From assembly GCA_963833225.1 (NCBI GenBank), contig CAWHXD010000005.1, positions 32,001-96,000 of the forward strand: a DNA stretch of 64,000 nt. Reading direction: 5' to 3'. The notes below the pieces were generated by a model. The model was not told where the DNA came from, did no database searches, and saw only the letters and a program-made list of their open reading frames with translations. The position numbers and the translations under genes are program-made. Shown here in pieces: positions 58,533 to 64,000 of the stretch (position 1 is its first letter; each line of letters begins with the position of its first letter). Source of the DNA: an uncultured Chloroflexia bacterium. Lineage in GTDB: Bacteria > Chloroflexota > Limnocylindria > Limnocylindrales > CSP1-4.

Positions 58533-59513
58533 TCAGGGCGCCGGACGGGGGTCCTCGTTCCAGTCGACGATCGGATTCTCCACCATGCCGATGCCCTCGA
58601 TCTCGCACCGGACGCGGTCACCGGGCTCCAGGAAGACGGGCGGCTCGCGGAACACCCCGACGCCCGCCGGCGTGCCCGTGGCGATCACGTCGCCGGGCTC
58701 GAGCGTGATCTGCCGGCTGATGAAGCTCACCAGCGAGGGCACATCCTGGAGCATGTCGGCCGTGTTCCCGTCCTGCATCAGGACCAGGGTGCCCGCGTCG
58801 CTCCCGGTGCCCGGGATCCGCCAGCTCCGGAGCGCGAGGCCCGCTCCAGGGTCCACCTCGTCCGGGGTCACGAACGCGGGACCCATCGGCAGGAAGGTGT
58901 CCGAGCCCTTGGCGCGCAGCCACTGGCCGTCGCCCTTCTCGCCGTCGCGTAGCGCCTGCGGGTTGCCCTGCCAGTCGCGGGCGCTGACGTCGTTGACCAC
59001 GACGTACCCGGCAACGTGCTCGCGCGCCTCCTCCGGGGTGACCCGGCGGGCGGCACGCCCGATCACGACCCCAAGCTCCACCTCGAGGTCCAGGGCCCGC
59101 GTCCCCTCGGGCCGGACGATGGCGTCCCCGTCGCCCACGATCGTGTTCTGGAACTTGCTGAACAGCATCGGCCGGTCCGGTGGCGTGCGTCCACCCTCCG
59201 TCGCGTGGTCGCCATAGTTGAGGCCGACGCAGATGATCTTGCCCGTGACGACCTCATTGAGAGCGGGTGCGGGGCGCCGTGCCTCCAGCTCGATCAGGGG
59301 CGCCCCGGCCTTCAGCGCCCGCCGGGCCGCGCGCCGGAGCTCACCGATCCAGTCATCGTCAAACCCCAGCTGGAAGCCGACCCCGAGGTGGGTGTCGATC
59401 GACGGGTCGAGCCGCCCGCGCTTCTCCAGCTGCGAGCCCGTCAGGAGGCGGCCCATGATGACGACGCCGAATCGCTCGTCGTCGTAGCGGTCGTAGTACG
59501 CGTGGAGGTGCAT
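58533..59513 (-). CDS. Fumarylacetoacetate hydrolase family protein
   Basis: KIICVGLNY, EVELGVVIG, NDVSARD, AKGSDTFLPMGP, TGTPAGVG. Confidence 0.9.
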   Translation of the reverse strand: MHLHAYYDRYDDERFGVVIMGRLLTGSQLEKRGRLDPSIDTHLGVGFQLGFDDDWIGELRRAARRALKAGAPLIELEARRPAPALNEVVTGKIICVGLNYGDHATEGGRTPPDRPMLFSKFQNTIVGDGDAIVRPEGTRALDLEVELGVVIGRAARRVTPEEAREHVAGYVVVNDVSARDWQGNPQALRDGEKGDGQWLRAKGSDTFLPMGPAFVTPDEVDPGAGLALRSWRIPGTGSDAGTLVLMQDGNTADMLQDVPSLVSFISRQITLEPGDVIATGTPAGVGVFREPPVFLEPGDRVRCEIEGIGMVENPIVDWNEDPRPAP

Positions 59514-59523
59514 CGGCTCCCCG

Positions 59524-60339
59524 TCAGCTGGCGGCCTGGCTGGATGACACCGACGAGCCGGCCGAGGGGCTCGCGGAGGGGACCGCGCACTGTGGCTCCG
59601 GCGGCGCCACGAAGCGACCCCCGGAGACCCGTTCACCGTACCGGAGGAAGAAATCGTAGACCTGGGCGTCGTCGAGCGTGTCGAGGTAGAGCACTCGGTC
59701 CCAGATCAGCGCGGCGTAGCGCGTCGGCATCTGCTCGAAGCGCGCGACGACGGGACCCACCACGCCCGGAGGGAGGTTGCACAGCGCGCTGCTGGGGAAG
59801 CCCTGGTCGAACGCCTGCAGGGCCGCGAGGCCGGCGTCGTCGCAGGCTCCCTTGTCGCAGGAGTAGAGCAGCACCAGGCCACCGTGCTCGAGGTTGTGGA
59901 CCCAGCCATTGGGGACGCTGTCATCGTTGGGCCCGTACACCTTTGGCGTCAGTGGCCCGAACCCAGCCTTGTTGACGTGCTTTCCCGATGCCGGCGGGCA
60001 CACCGTGTAGGTGACCTTGTCGCCGGTCTGCACGTGGTCGTTGCCCTGGTCCGGCTGGACCTGGCCGAGCTCGCCCTGCGCGGGCGGCTGGACAGTATCG
60101 ATCGTCGAGCAGGCGTAGACGGGCGCCGCGGCACCCGCGAACACGTAGAAGCCGACGCCGACGAGCGCGACGATCACCACGATCGCGAGAATCGGGGTGC
60201 GCAGGCGCTGCTGGGCGGTCTGCTCCGGCGGGCGGTGGCGAGCGGCATCGCGTCGCCCGGCACGGGGCGTGCCGGTCGGGCTGCTGTTCCTGGGTCGCTG
60301 GCCGGTGCCCTTGCTAGAGGGCCGGCGAGAGTCGGTCAC
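59524..60339 (-). CDS. DUF3105 domain membrane-anchored protein
   Basis: TM helix; PPASGKH, WVHNLEHGGLVLLYSC, ALIWD. Confidence 0.8.
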   Translation of the reverse strand: MTDSRRPSSKGTGQRPRNSSPTGTPRAGRRDAARHRPPEQTAQQRLRTPILAIVVIVALVGVGFYVFAGAAAPVYACSTIDTVQPPAQGELGQVQPDQGNDHVQTGDKVTYTVCPPASGKHVNKAGFGPLTPKVYGPNDDSVPNGWVHNLEHGGLVLLYSCDKGACDDAGLAALQAFDQGFPSSALCNLPPGVVGPVVARFEQMPTRYAALIWDRVLYLDTLDDAQVYDFFLRYGERVSGGRFVAPPEPQCAVPSASPSAGSSVSSSQAAS

Positions 60340-60484
60340 GGCTGGACAGCTCCGGTCGGTAGGAATCGACGTGGCGGGACGCCGCCGGCTGGCGCATCGC
60401 GACGGTTCGGCGGTGCTGCGAGGAAGGGTAGCGTCCCAGGCTGTCGCGCGCGCGAGACGACACGCCGCCCGACGGCGCCCGCAA

Positions 60485-60856
60485 CTACGGCTCGTTCAGC
60501 CAGGCGCGGACGTTGGGGCGGGTGAGACCAAAGAACAGCAGCGCCGCGAGTCCGGCGACGATGACCGCCGCGATGGGCAGCCCCGCAAGGATGGCCAGGA
60601 GGATCGCCGGCAGCGTCAGCGAGGACAGGCCCAGCGCCAGGGCCCGGCCCGCCTCCTTGCGCTGGAGGACGAGCGTGGTGGTGAAGATCGTGTAGGCGAG
60701 CAGGACCATGACCACGACACCCGGCAGCGAGATCGGCGCGCTGATCGCCTGGTCCACCACCCATCGGAGCGACACGCCGATGAGCCCCAGGACGAGGAAC
60801 GCGTAGCCGAGGAAGATCCGGATGCCGCCGGGCATCGCAAGGAGCTGGCGGAGCAT
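60485..60856 (-). CDS. Small 4-TM hypothetical protein
   Basis: MLRQLL.. with four hydrophobic segments, ending VRAWLNEP. Confidence 0.65.
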   Translation of the reverse strand: MLRQLLAMPGGIRIFLGYAFLVLGLIGVSLRWVVDQAISAPISLPGVVVMVLLAYTIFTTTLVLQRKEAGRALALGLSSLTLPAILLAILAGLPIAAVIVAGLAALLFFGLTRPNVRAWLNEP

Positions 60857-60949
60857 GGACCGATGATGCCACCCGAGATTGGGTTCCGTTCTGGAGCTTG
60901 GTCGTGCCAGGCCCCGTGACGGCCCTGTCGATACCCGCAGGCTCGTCTC

Positions 60950-61005
60950 TTGACACCGTACCGCTGCCCGACTATCCTCCCTAAACCGGTTTGCTGAACC
61001 GGTTG
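60950..61005 (+). promoter_or_regulatory. Promoter with tandem LacI-type operators
   Basis: TTGACA-N17-TATCCT followed by AAACCGGTTT (60983) and GAACCGGTTG (60996). Confidence 0.75.
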
Positions 61006-61031
61006 CGTCGCACTCAACCGACGAGGAGACC

Positions 61032-62113
61032 GTGGAGGAGCGGACCCCGCGACGGACGCGCATCGCCGACGTCGCCCGCGTGGCGGGCGTGTCCAAGACG
61101 GCCGTGTCCTTCGCCTTCAACAGCCCTGGCCGGCTGGCGCCGCGAGACGGCGACCCGGATCCGGGATGTTGCCGATTCCCTGGGCTATCGTCCGAACCCG
61201 GTCGCCCGGATGCTCACCCAGCGCCAGACGCACACCCTCGGCGTGCTGACCCCGCAGGCGCTGTCGGTGATCTTCTCCAACCCGTTCTTCGGTGCCTTCA
61301 GCGAGGGGGTCGGCCTGGCCGCGGAAGAGGCGGGGTACGCGCTCCACTTCATCTCGCCGCTGCATGGCTCGCTGGCACGGGCGCTGGCCCGGGCGACGGT
61401 CGACGGGGTCGTCGTCATCGGTCTCGCCGCCGGCCACCCCGAGGTCGAGCAGATCCGTGCCGCCGGGGTGCCGCTGGTCATGGTCGACTCGAGCGCGCTT
61501 CCCGACCAGCCGTGCATCGAGATCGACGATGAGGGCGGGCGCGCGGTGCCGCTGCCGAACACCTCCTGGGCCTGGGCCACCGTGACATCCTGATCGTCGG
61601 GATCGAGTCGCCGATCCCGGGAGCCAGCCCGGAGCCGGAGAGCGTGATGGCGCGCCGGATGGGCGGCTATCTCGCGGCCGCTGGCCACGGAAGGGGTGGA
61701 GCTGCCCGACAGCGCTGTCGTCGAGGGGTCCAGCGACCATCGAGGGCGGGATCGCTGCGCTGCGAAGGGCGTGGGAAGACGGCCTCCGCCCGACGGGGGT
61801 GCTCGCGATGTCGGACGCGATGGCGATCGGCGTCCTGCGGGCTGCGCGCGAGCTCGGTGTGCGGGTCCCCGACGACTTCTCGGTCGTGGGCTTCGACGAC
61901 ATCGATATCAGCCAGCACACCAACCCGCCGCTCACGACGGTGCACCAGCCGATCCGCCAGAAGGGCGAGAGCGCGGTGCGCCTTCTGCTGTCCGTCGTCG
62001 AACGACGGGATCAAGCTCCCGAACAGCTCCGGCTCGAGACGCGGCTCATCGTCCGCGGCTCGACCGGACCGGTGCCGCGCCTGCGGCAGGAGGTGGACCG
62101 GGCTCGAGGCTGA
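61032..62113 (+). CDS. LacI family transcriptional regulator, frameshifted
   Basis: IADVARVAGVSKTAVSFAFN, LGYRPN, SDAMAIG, SVVGFDDI, LTTVHQP. Confidence 0.9.
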
Positions 62114-62255
62114 GATCGAGGGGCGGCGCGCGAACGATTGTTCGTCCGGCCGACCCACCGCTCGAGGGCCGGACCCGGCCCGCAACACGACCGGCTCCGT
62201 CGGTCGAGCACATCGGCATCAACTCAACGGTATCTCTTGGAGGAGAGCAACAGCA

Positions 62256-63539
62256 GTGAATACCAAGCTCCGGTTCGTCTCGCTCCTTGCGGGCGCGTCG
62301 CGATCCTTGCCGCCGCCTGTAGCGGCGGTTCGGCCACCCCCGCCCCGACCACGGCCCCCGAGTCCACGGCCCCTGAGTCGATGGCCCCCGAGTCGATGGC
62401 CCCCGAGTCGATGGCCCCGACGGGTCTCAGCGGCTCGCTCACGATCTGGCATTCGTACGGCTCCGGCGCCGGCACCGAGGCCACAGCCCTCAAGACCGTG
62501 ACCGACAAGATCATGGCCGCCAACCCGGATCTCAAGCTGACCGATCCAGGACGTCAAGTTCGACGACCTGTTCAAGAAGTTCGAGCTCGAAGCCGCCAGC
62601 GGCGGCGGGCCCGACCTGTTCATCGCCCCCAACGACAGCCTGGGCAAGGAGGCCCGCGCGGGCCTGTTCCTCGACGTCACCTCGATGCTCGAAGGCAAGC
62701 TGGGCAACGACTCCCAGGTCTCGATCGACGGCAGCAAGGTCGACGGCGAGCTGTACATGGTCCCCGAGTCCCTCAAGGCCGTGGCGATGTACTACGACAA
62801 GTCGAAGATCGCGACCCCGCCGGCAACGACCGACGAGCTCCTCGCCGGCGTCACCGACGGCAGCATCCAGGCCGGGTTTCGACGCACACAGCTCCTACCA
62901 CAGCTTCGGCTGGTGGGCGGCCTTCGGCGGCCAGCTCGATGGACGCCACCGGCAAGTGCGTCGCCGACACGAACGGGCGTCGCCGACGCGTACGCCTACT
63001 TCCAGGCAGCTCCAGGCGGCGGGCGCGCAACGTGGTACGACAAGTACGACGACCTGCCAGAGCGACTTCAAGACGGGCAAGATCGACCTCATCGTCGATG
63101 GCCCGTGGGCGTCCGGTGGCTACAAGGAGGCCCTCGGCGACAACCTCGGCGTCGCCCCGATGCCCGGCCGGCCCCAAGGGCCCGTCCAAGCCGCTGACCG
63201 GCGTCGACGGCTGGTACATCAACACCAACACGGCCGACTCCCGACGCTCGCCGTCGCGTTCGCGCTCGAGATGGTCAAGCCCGAGAACGAGCAGGTCTTC
63301 GTCGATACCGGCGGGCCACATCCCGGCCGACACGACCATCCACGATCAGCGATCCGATCACGCAGAAGTTCGCCGAAGCGGTCGCCACGGGCTTCCCGCG
63401 CCCGCAGGTGCCCGAGCTCGACAACTTCTGGGGCAACTTCGACAACGCGTTGAATCGTCGTCATCCAGACAGGGCAACGATCCGCCAGAAGGCCGCGACC
63501 GACGCCTGCGACGCGATGAACAAGGCCAACGGCAAGTAG
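62256..63539 (+). CDS. Sugar (maltodextrin-type) ABC transporter substrate-binding lipoprotein, heavily frameshifted
   Basis: LAAAC lipobox, APESM repeats, GPDLFI, VDGELYMVP, DGPW fragments. Confidence 0.8.
62352..62419 (+). repeat. 15-bp tandem repeat (about 4 copies) encoding the APES(T/M) linker
   Basis: GGCCCCCGAGTCGAT-like units. Confidence 0.8.
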
Positions 63540-63648
63540 CCGCAGTCCAGGGGCTTCGGGCGACGGACCCATCGGCGTCGTCGACTCCGACCGCCCGACC
63601 AAGAGCCCGACGCCATCGGCAGCACGCGAGCGAGGAGGGCCAAGCGAG

Positions 63649-64000
63649 ATGACCGCCGATCCACGGCCGGTGCGACCCGGGCCCCAGGCGGCGGCGATGG
63701 TTCTCGCCGGACGCGCAGAACGCGCGATTGCTCTACCTGCATGCCCGGCATTCCTGGTGATGGGGATCATCACGTTCTACCCGCTGCTGTTCCAGGCCTG
63801 GATGTCGTTCACGGACTTCGGGCTAGAAGAACCTGAGCGGCAAGCACGCCGCCGAACTACGTGGGCGTGCAGCAACTACATCGAGATCTTAACGAACGAC
63901 ATAGCTCAGCATCCCGAACTTCGACTTCGTGCGGCTGCTGTCGTTCAACCTGTTCTGGGCATTCAGCAACGTCATCATCCACGTGGTGCCTCGGCGTCGC
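63649..64000 (+). CDS. Sugar ABC transporter permease, partial and frameshifted
   Basis: PAFLVMGIITFYPLLFQAWMSFTDF..YVG..NY motifs; runs off the end of the window. Confidence 0.75.
   Translation, partial: MTADPRPVRPGPQAAAMVLAGRAERAIALPACPAFLVMGIITFYPLLFQAWMSFTDFGLEEPERQARRRTTWACSNYIEILTNDIAQHPELRLRAAAVVQPVLGIQQRHHPRGASAS

Overview
High-GC bacterial chromosomal segment of about 60 genes. The lineage is probably Chloroflexota (inferred from GAAC-N4-GTTC SOS boxes, gene repertoire and GC content; not proven). At least 12 genes are split by apparent 1-nt indels, most likely long-read consensus errors. Contents in order: a cell-envelope modification block (GT4, GT-C-like membrane proteins, two tandem acyltransferase-3 + SGNH modules, PIG-L deacetylase) and pcm; a c-di-GMP signalling locus; dnaB, lexA, rplI, dinB and a LexA-controlled small gene; a histidine-to-C1-folate cluster (cyclodeaminase, folD, fhs, hutH, hutU, ftcD/hutI); argS; an ECF sigma/anti-sigma pair; tdh-kbl; and a LacI-regulated sugar ABC transporter. 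The main discovery is at 10.9-18.7 kb on the minus strand. A sigma70 promoter is followed by a c-di-GMP-II riboswitch with an overlapping terminator (predicted ON switch), two tiny ORFs missing from the ORF track (10 aa, and a 29-aa signal-peptide-like precursor MKDRLLRVLVALSAVAAVALAGGASLRGF), a membrane HD-GYP phosphodiesterase, and a DUF5317-like domain fused to an MFS exporter. A MalT-like STAND/TPR/BTAD regulator lies upstream. This looks like an undescribed peptide-signalling circuit wired to c-di-GMP turnover. All family assignments come from reading motifs by eye; no database searches were run.
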